In this document: piece after piece, positions 8,913 to 17,362 of the stretch
How the letters are laid out: each line of letters starts with the position of its first letter
How positions within the stretch are numbered: the first letter of the stretch is position 1
Source of the DNA: an uncultured Enterobacteriaceae bacterium
Lineage (GTDB): Bacteria > Pseudomonadota > Gammaproteobacteria > Eutrophobiales > Eutrophobiaceae
Assembly: GCA_964544965.1 (NCBI GenBank)
Contig: CAZJED010000001.1
Location: 1 to 57,851, forward strand
Reading direction: 5' to 3'
Length of the DNA stretch: 57,851 nt
Made by a program: the position numbers and the translations under genes
Notes under the pieces: model-generated
Told to the model about the DNA's origin: nothing
Database searches by the model: none
Seen by the model: the letters and a program-made list of their open reading frames with translations, nothing else

Positions 8913-11077
8913 AAATAAAAAAGGGCGGTAAACTAATAACGCTTATAGGGCTGTGTCTATTTATCTTCATGCTCTCATCGCTTTTAATGATGAGTAAAAC
9001 TCTGCAAAATTCAGAACTATTTGATCGTTTTTATTTGGGCCTACTCTTATTCAATACTTTGGGTCTAGTTAGCCTTAGTATTTTAATCGTACTAAATTTG
9101 AAACGTCTTATACGTCAATTAAAAAACCGAGTAATCGGGTCACGAATGACGGTTAGAATTGTTATTCTATTTTCATTGCTCTCTGTAACACCAGTTTTAG
9201 TAGTTTATTATTTCTCTCTAGACTTCTTGCATCGCGGTATAGATAGTTGGTTCGATTTAAGAGTTGAACAAGCACTTGATGATTCGCTTGAATTAAGCCG
9301 TCTTGCTTTAGATGTCAGAATGCGTGAGCTTTTAAACACTACAGAAAAAATTGCTGAAGAACTAGGAGAAACTGATGATTCAGAATTACCATTTTATATT
9401 AATCAAATTAGAGACCGAATTAATGCTAATGAATTAACTCTATTAACTAGAAAAGGCGTAATTCTTGTATCAAGTTCAAAAGATACAAAAAGTCTAGTCC
9501 CCAACACACCAGAAGAAACAATACTGCTTCAGTTAATACAAAATAATAGTTATATAGGAATAGATTTAATTAAAAATAAAGGTCTGATGATTAGAAGTGT
9601 TGTTAATCTGCCAACAACCGGTCTCAACAAAAAAGAAAAAATCGTGCAAGCATTATACCCGATATCAGAAAGAATGAACAAACTCGCTGCTAATGTTCAA
9701 ACATCCTTTATTGAATATCAAGAATTGTCGTACCTTAGAGAACAACTTAAATTTAGTTTTATAATAATATTAACCTTGGTTCTGCTTTTTAGTGTGTTTA
9801 GTGCAGTGTGGGCAGCATTTTATTCAGCTCGAACATTATCTGCTCCTATAAAAGACTTAGCGCAAGGTACTCGTGACATCGCAAAAGGTAATTATAATAC
9901 AAAATTGCCCATTCCAAGTAATGATGAATTAGGATTTCTTGTAGCATCATTTAATGACATGACAGACAAAATATCTCAAGCAAGAGACAACGCAAAAAAT
10001 AGTCAGAAAGAAGCAGAATCGCAACAAATTTATCTCGAAACGATTTTATCAAGATTGTCATCTGGTGTTATCGTATTAAATAAAGATGGGGAAATTGAAA
10101 AATCTAATATTAGTGCCGCCCAAATATTGCAAGTAGAAACTGATGTCCTAAATAAAAAAAATATCAATAATACAATAAATATATTGCCGAAGTTAACAAA
10201 CTTTTTTGAATGCATCTCAAATAATATAAGTGAAAAAAATGATGACTGGCGCGAACAAATAACTTTATCTGAAAAAACTGGTAATCAAATTCTAATGATA
10301 AATGGCTCGGCACTAACAGGGCCTAATAATTCAGTGAGTAAACATATAATAGTTTTTGATGAAATAACGGCTTTAGTTCAGGGACAACGAGATGCTGTTT
10401 GGAGTGAAATAGCTCGTCGCTTAGCACATGAAATTAAAAATCCGCTTACACCAATACAATTAGCTGCTGAACGACTAAGAAATAAATACCTTTTAAGCTT
10501 AGATTCAAATAATGTTGAAATGCTAGACAGAATGACAAATACAATAATCCAGCAAGTTGAAACAATGAAAGTGATGGTAAATGATTTTTCAGACTATGCC
10601 CGATCATCCGACTCTAAAAAAGAAGAAATAGAAATTGTACACCTACTGCAAGAAGGTGTAGATTTATTCAGTAATATGAACCATGGAAGTAAAATTGAAA
10701 TAGATATAAAAACTAATCTGCCAAAAATACAAGGTGACGAGAAAAAATTAAGACAAGTTTTAAATAATCTGTTAACAAACGCAGTAGATGCAAATGAAAT
10801 GGGAGAGGATAATTCACTAAAAATAAGTGCTAAAGTACTCAATATTGAGGATAATGAAATAATTGAAATACGAATAATGGATAGTGGCCCCGGGATAGAT
10901 CCGCTAGTTGAAAATAACTTACTTGAACCATATATAACAACAAAGGAGAAAGGAACAGGGTTGGGGTTAGCTATAGTAAAAAAAATTATTGACGAACACT
11001 CTGGAACTTTTTGGCTTGAAAACAATACAAAAGAAAATGGTGCATGTGCTGTAATAAGACTACCTATATATAGTTAA
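8909..11077 (+). CDS. NtrY-like sensor histidine kinase (TM-HAMP-PAS-HisKA-HATPase)
   Basis: It has the H-box ARRLAHEIKNPLTPIQL, the G-boxes DSGPGI and GTGLGLAIVKKI, several N-terminal TM segments and a HAMP-like LGFLVASFNDM. I prefer the ATG at 8909, which overlaps the upstream stop as ATGA, over the GTG at 8900. Confidence 0.85.
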   Translation: MKIKKGGKLITLIGLCLFIFMLSSLLMMSKTLQNSELFDRFYLGLLLFNTLGLVSLSILIVLNLKRLIRQLKNRVIGSRMTVRIVILFSLLSVTPVLVVYYFSLDFLHRGIDSWFDLRVEQALDDSLELSRLALDVRMRELLNTTEKIAEELGETDDSELPFYINQIRDRINANELTLLTRKGVILVSSSKDTKSLVPNTPEETILLQLIQNNSYIGIDLIKNKGLMIRSVVNLPTTGLNKKEKIVQALYPISERMNKLAANVQTSFIEYQELSYLREQLKFSFIIILTLVLLFSVFSAVWAAFYSARTLSAPIKDLAQGTRDIAKGNYNTKLPIPSNDELGFLVASFNDMTDKISQARDNAKNSQKEAESQQIYLETILSRLSSGVIVLNKDGEIEKSNISAAQILQVETDVLNKKNINNTINILPKLTNFFECISNNISEKNDDWREQITLSEKTGNQILMINGSALTGPNNSVSKHIIVFDEITALVQGQRDAVWSEIARRLAHEIKNPLTPIQLAAERLRNKYLLSLDSNNVEMLDRMTNTIIQQVETMKVMVNDFSDYARSSDSKKEEIEIVHLLQEGVDLFSNMNHGSKIEIDIKTNLPKIQGDEKKLRQVLNNLLTNAVDANEMGEDNSLKISAKVLNIEDNEIIEIRIMDSGPGIDPLVENNLLEPYITTKEKGTGLGLAIVKKIIDEHSGTFWLENNTKENGACAVIRLPIYS

Positions 11078-11085
11078 ATATAAAA

Positions 11086-12444
11086 ATGACTAAACGACAC
11101 ATTCTTGTTGTTGATGATGAACCGGATATTCGTAATCTGGTACAAGAGATTCTTGAAGATGAAGGGTTCAATGTAAAAGTTGCTGAAAATGCAATTATAG
11201 CTCGCCAATCTATTAAAAGTACTAAACCTGATCTAATTTTATTAGATATCTGGATGCCAGATGTTGATGGAATTACTTTACTAAAAGAATGGAAAAATTC
11301 ATTCAGTCAAGAAATACCGATCATAATGATGTCTGGACACGGAAATGTAGAAACAGCTGTTGAAGCGACACGAAGTGGTGCTTACGACTTTATAGAAAAA
11401 CCACTTTCTACTGCAAAATTATTATTAACAATTAAACATGCCCTAGAAACCTATTCATTAAAAAGTGAAAATCTAAAATTAAACCAAATTACAACTTTGA
11501 AACTTGAGCCTATCGGCAAAAGCTCAATAATTAATGAGTTAAAATCTAAAATATTACAAATTGCTAAACACGATGCAAACGTTTTAATGACGGGTGAATC
11601 TGGAACTAACAAGGAAATACTAGCAAGATATTTACATTCGCTTAGCTCTCGTACTGATAAGCCATTTATAACTGTAAATGCCTCAACACTCGATGAAGAA
11701 AACCCGCAAAAAAAGTTATTTGGATTTGAATCTAATGATAAAATTCAAGAAGGCTATCTTGATAATGCGATTGAAGGAACTTTATTTATTAATGATATTG
11801 GAGAACTTAATACAACGCAACAATCTCATTTACTTGATGTACTTAAAACAAAAAAATTCTCGCATATCGGAAGTTCAGAAGCTATTAGCTTAAATATAAG
11901 AGTAATTGCTGCAACACGCTATGACATAAAGTCCCTCATAAATAAAGGAAAATTTATCGATGAATTATATTATTTATTAAATATATTGCCAGTAAAAATT
12001 CCATCATTACATGAGCATTATGAAGATCTTCCAGAATTACTTGAATACTATGTAAATCAATTTATAGAATTAGAATCACTCCCATATAGAAAATTTAGTG
12101 TCTCAGCACAAAATCGTTTAAGAAGTTATAAATGGCCAGGCAATGAAAGTGAATTGAAAAATCTTGTCCAACGTTTACTAATACTAGGAGCGGAAGAAAT
12201 TATTAATGTTGAAGAAATTGAATCTTTTCTAGGAAAAATTGAAATACAGCAAAAACAATATAATACTGAAATATTTAATTTAAATCTGCCCTTGCGAGAT
12301 GCAAGAGAAAATTTTGAAAAAGCATATCTTATATATCAATTAGAAAAAGCAAATGGTAATGTTAGCAAATTAGCTAATGAGGTTGGTATTGAACGTACAC
12401 ATCTTTATAGAAAACTAAAAACTCTAGGAATTAATTTAAAATGA
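11086..12444 (+). CDS. NtrX-like response regulator (REC, degenerate AAA+, Fis-type HTH)
   Basis: The REC domain has DDEPDI...LLDIWMPDVDG. The AAA+ core reads GESGTNKE and GTLFINDIGEL, with no GAFTGA loop. The C-terminal HTH reads NVSKLANEVGIERTHLYRKLK. Confidence 0.85.
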   Translation: MTKRHILVVDDEPDIRNLVQEILEDEGFNVKVAENAIIARQSIKSTKPDLILLDIWMPDVDGITLLKEWKNSFSQEIPIIMMSGHGNVETAVEATRSGAYDFIEKPLSTAKLLLTIKHALETYSLKSENLKLNQITTLKLEPIGKSSIINELKSKILQIAKHDANVLMTGESGTNKEILARYLHSLSSRTDKPFITVNASTLDEENPQKKLFGFESNDKIQEGYLDNAIEGTLFINDIGELNTTQQSHLLDVLKTKKFSHIGSSEAISLNIRVIAATRYDIKSLINKGKFIDELYYLLNILPVKIPSLHEHYEDLPELLEYYVNQFIELESLPYRKFSVSAQNRLRSYKWPGNESELKNLVQRLLILGAEEIINVEEIESFLGKIEIQQKQYNTEIFNLNLPLRDARENFEKAYLIYQLEKANGNVSKLANEVGIERTHLYRKLKTLGINLK

Positions 12445-13820
12445 AGATTATAATCCTCGGTGCTGGTCAAGTAGGTTCATCACTAGCCGCAAATCTTGTT
12501 AACGAGGATAACGATATAACTTTAGTCGATATTAACCCGTCTGCATTGCAATCAATTAGTGAACGTTTTGATTTGAGAACAATTACTGGGGTAGCATCCC
12601 ATCCTTCAGTGTTAGAGAAAGCGGGCGCAAAAGATGCAGAAATGATATTGGCTGTAACAAATTGTGATGAGGTAAATATGATTGCTTGCCAAGTTGCATA
12701 CACGCTATTCCACACGCCGACTAAAATTGCGCGTATTCGTGAAATTGAATACTTAAAAAATCATCCTTTGTTTGCTCAAGAAGCGTTACCTGTTGATGTT
12801 CTCATTAGTCCGGACAGATTAGTTACTGAACAAATACAGCAATTAATAAAACATCCCGGCGCCCTTCAAGTACTAGATTTTGCTGATGGAAAAGCCCAAA
12901 TGGTAGTTATAAGAGCTTCCTATAGCGGTGTTTTAGAAGGACTTTCACTGCGCGAATTAAAAGAAAAACTTAAAAATATAAACATAGAGTACAAAATTGC
13001 AATTATATACAGTAAAGGAAAACCAATAATTCCAAATGCTGACACTATCATTAAAGCTGATGACGAAATATTCTTTGTTAGTTCGCAAAAATCAATGAGC
13101 AATCTGCTGCAACATATTCGAATTAAAGATAAACCTCTTAAAAATATCATGATATCAGGAGGTGGAAATATAGGGTTAAGATTGGCCGAGTCATTAGAAA
13201 AAGAATATAAGATAAAGTTGTTGGAATTGGACCCAAAAAAAGCTTCTCATGCAGCAGAAAAGTTAAAAAATACTATTGTGCTAAATGGTGATGCTACAGA
13301 TGAAGAGCTATTAAATGAAGAAAATATAGATGATTCTGACGTATTTTGCGCCTTAACAAATCATGATGAGGTAAATATTATTTCTTCAATGCTAGCAAAA
13401 CGACTTGGAGCCAGAAAAGTAATGGCGCTAATAAATCGAGCTGCGTACGTTGATCTTGTTCAGAGTAATACTATAGATATTGCTATTTCACCACAACAAG
13501 CAACTATCGGTAGTCTGCTTGCTCATGTTAGAAAAGGAGATGTTGTAGTTGTTCACTCTCTAAGAAGAGGTGCGGCAGAAGCCATAGAGGCGATTGCACA
13601 TGGAAACGAATCATCGTCAAAAGTAGTTGGAAAGAAAATTCAAGATATAGGTCTCCCGCAGGGAACGACAATCGCTGCAATAGTTAGAGGAAATGATGTG
13701 TTAATGGCTAAGAAAAAAATGATCATAGAAACAAATGATCATGTAATTCTAATTGTATCTGATAAAAAACATGTAAAAAAAGTTGAATCATTATTCCAAG
13801 TGGATATTACGTTCCTATAA
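12441..13820 (+). CDS. trkA: Trk potassium uptake system NAD-binding subunit
   Basis: 459 aa with two RCK/Rossmann halves (IILGAGQVGSSLA and ISGGGNIGLRLA). The start overlaps the upstream stop as ATGA. Confidence 0.95.
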   Translation: MKIIILGAGQVGSSLAANLVNEDNDITLVDINPSALQSISERFDLRTITGVASHPSVLEKAGAKDAEMILAVTNCDEVNMIACQVAYTLFHTPTKIARIREIEYLKNHPLFAQEALPVDVLISPDRLVTEQIQQLIKHPGALQVLDFADGKAQMVVIRASYSGVLEGLSLRELKEKLKNINIEYKIAIIYSKGKPIIPNADTIIKADDEIFFVSSQKSMSNLLQHIRIKDKPLKNIMISGGGNIGLRLAESLEKEYKIKLLELDPKKASHAAEKLKNTIVLNGDATDEELLNEENIDDSDVFCALTNHDEVNIISSMLAKRLGARKVMALINRAAYVDLVQSNTIDIAISPQQATIGSLLAHVRKGDVVVVHSLRRGAAEAIEAIAHGNESSSKVVGKKIQDIGLPQGTTIAAIVRGNDVLMAKKKMIIETNDHVILIVSDKKHVKKVESLFQVDITFL

Positions 13821-13850
13821 GCTAACATATATCAACAAGAGAAAATAATT

Positions 13851-15302
13851 ATGCAACTTGCGGTAATTCTTCGAATACTAGGTATTTTACTCTCTCTATT
13901 TAGTTTCACAATGATACCGCCGTTAATAATATCGCTTGTTACAAATGACGGCTCAATTACCCCATTCTTACTTGCATTTATAATTATACTTCTTACTGGT
14001 TTAGTCTTTTGGTTACCAGTAAAAAACTTTAAAAATGACCTTAGATTGCGCGATGGTTTTGTCGTTGTTGTTATTTTTTGGGTTGGTCTTGGAGTAGCAG
14101 GAAGCATACCTTTATTAATCTCAAAAACTCCGGACCTATCAATTACCAATGCTATTTTTGAATCAATTTCTGGGCTTACTACTACGGGAGCGACAATAAT
14201 TACAGAAATTGATAATCTGCCAAAATCAATTCTATTTTACCGGCAAGAATTACAATGGCTTGGGGGCATGGGTATTATTGTTTTGGCTGTTGCAATACTA
14301 CCAATGTTAGGTATTGGTGGCATGCAGTTATATCGTGCCGAGACACCGGGACCAGTTAAAGACACCAAACTAACTCCCAGAATTACAGAAACAGCAAAAT
14401 CGCTTTGGTATATTTATTTAACAATGACTATAGTATGCGCACTTTCGTATTATTTTGCCGGAATGAATTCTTTTGATGCTATTGCTCATAGTTTTTCTAC
14501 TGTCTCAATCGGTGGATTTTCAACCCATGATCAAAGTATTGGATACTTTAACAATAGCTTAGTAGAGTTCGTAGCAATGTTTTTTATGTTAGCATCTGGA
14601 ATTAATTTTAGTTTGCATTTTCTCGCATTTAAGAATGCAAATATCAAACCGTACCTTGGGGATGATGAATTACGTGTATATTTAAAAATATTACTAATTA
14701 TTTGCATCGTATGTTCCGGCTATAATGCGATCGATGGTGATTATGAAACGATAAAAGAAGCAATCAAAGATAGCGTTTTTCAAACAATATCAATTGCAAC
14801 AACAACAGGTTTCACAACAACGGAATTTCAAAATTGGTCAGGATTTGTACCGCTACTATTAATTATTTCCTGTTTCATTGGAGCTTGTGCTGGCTCAACT
14901 GGCGGTGGCATCAAAGTAATTAGGGCATTATTACTCTTTAAGCAGGGAATAAGGGAAATTAAACGACTTATTCACCCAAATGCAATTTTCACTATCAAAA
15001 TCAATGATAAGCCTATTTCAGAACGTATTATTGAAGCGGTATGGGGGTTTCTGGCTGTCTATGTTGTTGTATTTACAATCTTGCTATTAGCGCTAATGGC
15101 AACTGAAATTGATTTTATAACTGCATTTTCTGCATTATCGGCATGTATAAATAATCTTGGGCCTGGTTTAGGAGAAGTTAGCCAGAATTATTATACGCTT
15201 AGTGATTTAGCTAAGTGGGTTTTATGTTTTGCAATGTTATTAGGCAGACTAGAAATATTTACATTACTAGTATTGTTCAGCCCATCATTTTGGCGTCATT
15301 GA
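13851..15302 (+). CDS. trkH: Trk potassium uptake system membrane subunit
   Basis: 483 aa polytopic membrane protein with selectivity-filter-like motifs TTTGAT, SIGGFS, TTTGFT and GSTGGGIK. It follows trkA. Confidence 0.95.
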   Translation: MQLAVILRILGILLSLFSFTMIPPLIISLVTNDGSITPFLLAFIIILLTGLVFWLPVKNFKNDLRLRDGFVVVVIFWVGLGVAGSIPLLISKTPDLSITNAIFESISGLTTTGATIITEIDNLPKSILFYRQELQWLGGMGIIVLAVAILPMLGIGGMQLYRAETPGPVKDTKLTPRITETAKSLWYIYLTMTIVCALSYYFAGMNSFDAIAHSFSTVSIGGFSTHDQSIGYFNNSLVEFVAMFFMLASGINFSLHFLAFKNANIKPYLGDDELRVYLKILLIICIVCSGYNAIDGDYETIKEAIKDSVFQTISIATTTGFTTTEFQNWSGFVPLLLIISCFIGACAGSTGGGIKVIRALLLFKQGIREIKRLIHPNAIFTIKINDKPISERIIEAVWGFLAVYVVVFTILLLALMATEIDFITAFSALSACINNLGPGLGEVSQNYYTLSDLAKWVLCFAMLLGRLEIFTLLVLFSPSFWRH

Positions 15303-15877
15303 TAAATAAAATTAAAAATAAGTGGAACAAATATTATAGTTCTAATATAAAAACACCTGCTCCTCCCTCAGAAGTTCTTTTTTTTAATCAACATCTTTTG
15401 CCGCCAAAAGGCGTTGCTCTTGATCTAGCTTGTGGGTATGGATCTAATTCAATATGTCTTGCAAATAATAAACTGAATGTTACGGCTTGGGATATATCTC
15501 AATTAGCACTGGAAGAATTATCTATTCGCTCAAAAGATTTGGGTTTAGTTATTAACTGTGAAACTAGGGATGTCTTACAATATCCGCCGGAACCAAACAC
15601 ATTCGATGTCATAGTTGTTAGTAAGTTTCTTGATCGTCAATTAATAAAACATATACGTCAAGCAATAAAACCTAATGGGCTAATTTTCTATCAAACGTTT
15701 ATGAAAAATAGAGTTGATAAATTAGGACCGAAAAATCCCAACTATCAATTAGATGGAAATGAATTATTAGAATTTTTCAATGATTGGAAATTAATTTTCT
15801 ACAGAGAAGAAGATAAAATTGGAAACTTAAAAATTGGGTTTAGAAATCAAGCAATGATAATTGCTCAAAAATTATAA
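15299..15877 (+). CDS. Class I SAM-dependent methyltransferase (TehB-like)
   Basis: Motif I reads ALDLACGYGSNS. The ORF-track ATG at 15215 would overlap trkH by 88 nt. An in-frame TTG at 15299 overlapping the trkH stop is more plausible, but the start remains uncertain. Confidence 0.65.
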   Translation: MINKIKNKWNKYYSSNIKTPAPPSEVLFFNQHLLPPKGVALDLACGYGSNSICLANNKLNVTAWDISQLALEELSIRSKDLGLVINCETRDVLQYPPEPNTFDVIVVSKFLDRQLIKHIRQAIKPNGLIFYQTFMKNRVDKLGPKNPNYQLDGNELLEFFNDWKLIFYREEDKIGNLKIGFRNQAMIIAQKL

Positions 15878-15893
15878 TTTTTATTTTACAAAA

Positions 15894-16853
15894 TTAATTA
15901 TTTAAATCTAAAGTACCAATAAGATCAGAAATACTATCTAAATTATTTGCATCCAAATATTTTGTTATTCCCTCATTTAGTTTTGCACAAACTAGCGGTT
16001 CATAAAATAATGCTGTACCAATACCAATAGCAGTTGATCCGGCAATAATAAATTCAATAGCATCCTCTATCGTACGAATTCCTCCCTGCCCAATTATTGG
16101 TATATTATGTTGTTTTGCTACCTGATAAACTTGATGCACTTTTAATAATGCAATAGGTTTGATTGCAGGTCCGGATAATCCGCCTTGATTATTATCAATG
16201 ATAGGTTTACGTTTTTCTATATCAATCGCCATTCCTGTTATTGTATTTATAACAGCAAAACCATCGGTACCAGATTCAATACAACACTTTGCATTTTCTG
16301 TAATGTCAGTCTGGTTTGGAGACAACTTTGTTATCAATGTTTTCTTTGTTGCTCTTCTACAAACTTCAACAACCTTAGCTGACATAATAGGATCATTTCC
16401 AAATTCAACTCCTCCTTTCTTAACATTTGGGCAAGAAATATTAATTTCCATTGCATCAATTGGGGAATCATCAAAAATTCTCGTTATTTCTTCGTATTCT
16501 TTAATCGTCGATCCTGATAAATTTGCTATAAAACGTGTTTCTTCAAAATCAAGATTTGGTAAATACTCGTCTACTACTACTTTTGAACCGGGATTTTGCA
16601 GTCCTATTGCATTTAACATTCCCGAATAGGTTTCATAGATTCTATGAGGAGAATTGCCTATACGAGGTTCAAGTGTCGTTCCTTTTAGGCATATTGCGCC
16701 AACATCAGTATTAGAAAAACCATTAATCCGTGTGTACTCTTCCCCGAAACCAACGCATCCTGACAACAAAACTAACGGGGTATTAAATTCTAGACCGCAA
16801 AATTCAATACTAAGTTTTTTCTTTTGTTTCACATTCGAAGATATTTTTTTCAT
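15894..16853 (-). CDS. pyrD: Dihydroorotate dehydrogenase, class 1 (1B-like catalytic subunit)
   Basis: Motifs ASGC-like LLSGCVGFG, MLNAIGLQNPG, NISCPNVKKGG (catalytic Cys), GGLSGPAIKPIAL and IGQGGI. These align closely to B. subtilis PyrD as I remember it. Confidence 0.9.
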   Translation of the reverse strand: MKKISSNVKQKKKLSIEFCGLEFNTPLVLLSGCVGFGEEYTRINGFSNTDVGAICLKGTTLEPRIGNSPHRIYETYSGMLNAIGLQNPGSKVVVDEYLPNLDFEETRFIANLSGSTIKEYEEITRIFDDSPIDAMEINISCPNVKKGGVEFGNDPIMSAKVVEVCRRATKKTLITKLSPNQTDITENAKCCIESGTDGFAVINTITGMAIDIEKRKPIIDNNQGGLSGPAIKPIALLKVHQVYQVAKQHNIPIIGQGGIRTIEDAIEFIIAGSTAIGIGTALFYEPLVCAKLNEGITKYLDANNLDSISDLIGTLDLNN

Positions 16854-16888
16854 ATTGATTATTATTTTTCAAATATTAAAATTAGCCT

Positions 16889-17350
16889 ATGCTTAATGTT
16901 GTTCTATTTGAACCAGAAATTCCACCAAATACTGGAAATATTATACGTCTTTGTGCTAATACAGGAGCAAAATTACATTTGATCCACCCTCTTGGTTTCA
17001 AAATAAATGCGAAAGAGCTTCGTCGTGCTGGATTAGATTATATCGATTGGTCGATTGTTTATCATTATAATAATTATGATGACTATATTGAAAAAAATGG
17101 TTCTGATTCTCTTTATGCTATATCGACAAAAGGGAAAAGATATTATTCGGATTGTAATTTTACTGAAAATGATAGTTTTATATTCGGCCCAGAAACACGA
17201 GGTCTGCCAAAAAAAATACTAGAGAAATTTGCGACTGAAAAAATCTTAAAAATTCCAATGCTAGAAAATAGTAGATCTCTAAATCTATCAAATGCAGTAA
17301 GTATTATTATTTACGAAGCCTGGAAAAAAAACAGTTTTAAAAATGTCTAG
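16889..17350 (+). CDS. trmL: tRNA (cytidine/uridine-2'-O-)-methyltransferase TrmL (SpoU/YibK)
   Basis: 153 aa with the motifs LFEPEIPPNTGNIIRLC, FGPETRGLP and LNLSNAVSIIIYEAW. Confidence 0.9.
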   Translation: MLNVVLFEPEIPPNTGNIIRLCANTGAKLHLIHPLGFKINAKELRRAGLDYIDWSIVYHYNNYDDYIEKNGSDSLYAISTKGKRYYSDCNFTENDSFIFGPETRGLPKKILEKFATEKILKIPMLENSRSLNLSNAVSIIIYEAWKKNSFKNV

Positions 17351-17362
17351 GGAACACTTGGA

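Noticed and set aside
15215-15298. 88-nt overlap of the methyltransferase ORF with the end of trkH
   Set aside because: The N-terminal 28 codons (MGFMFCNVIRQTRNIY...) look like out-of-frame trkH sequence. An in-frame TTG at 15299 overlapping the trkH stop gives a sensible start.
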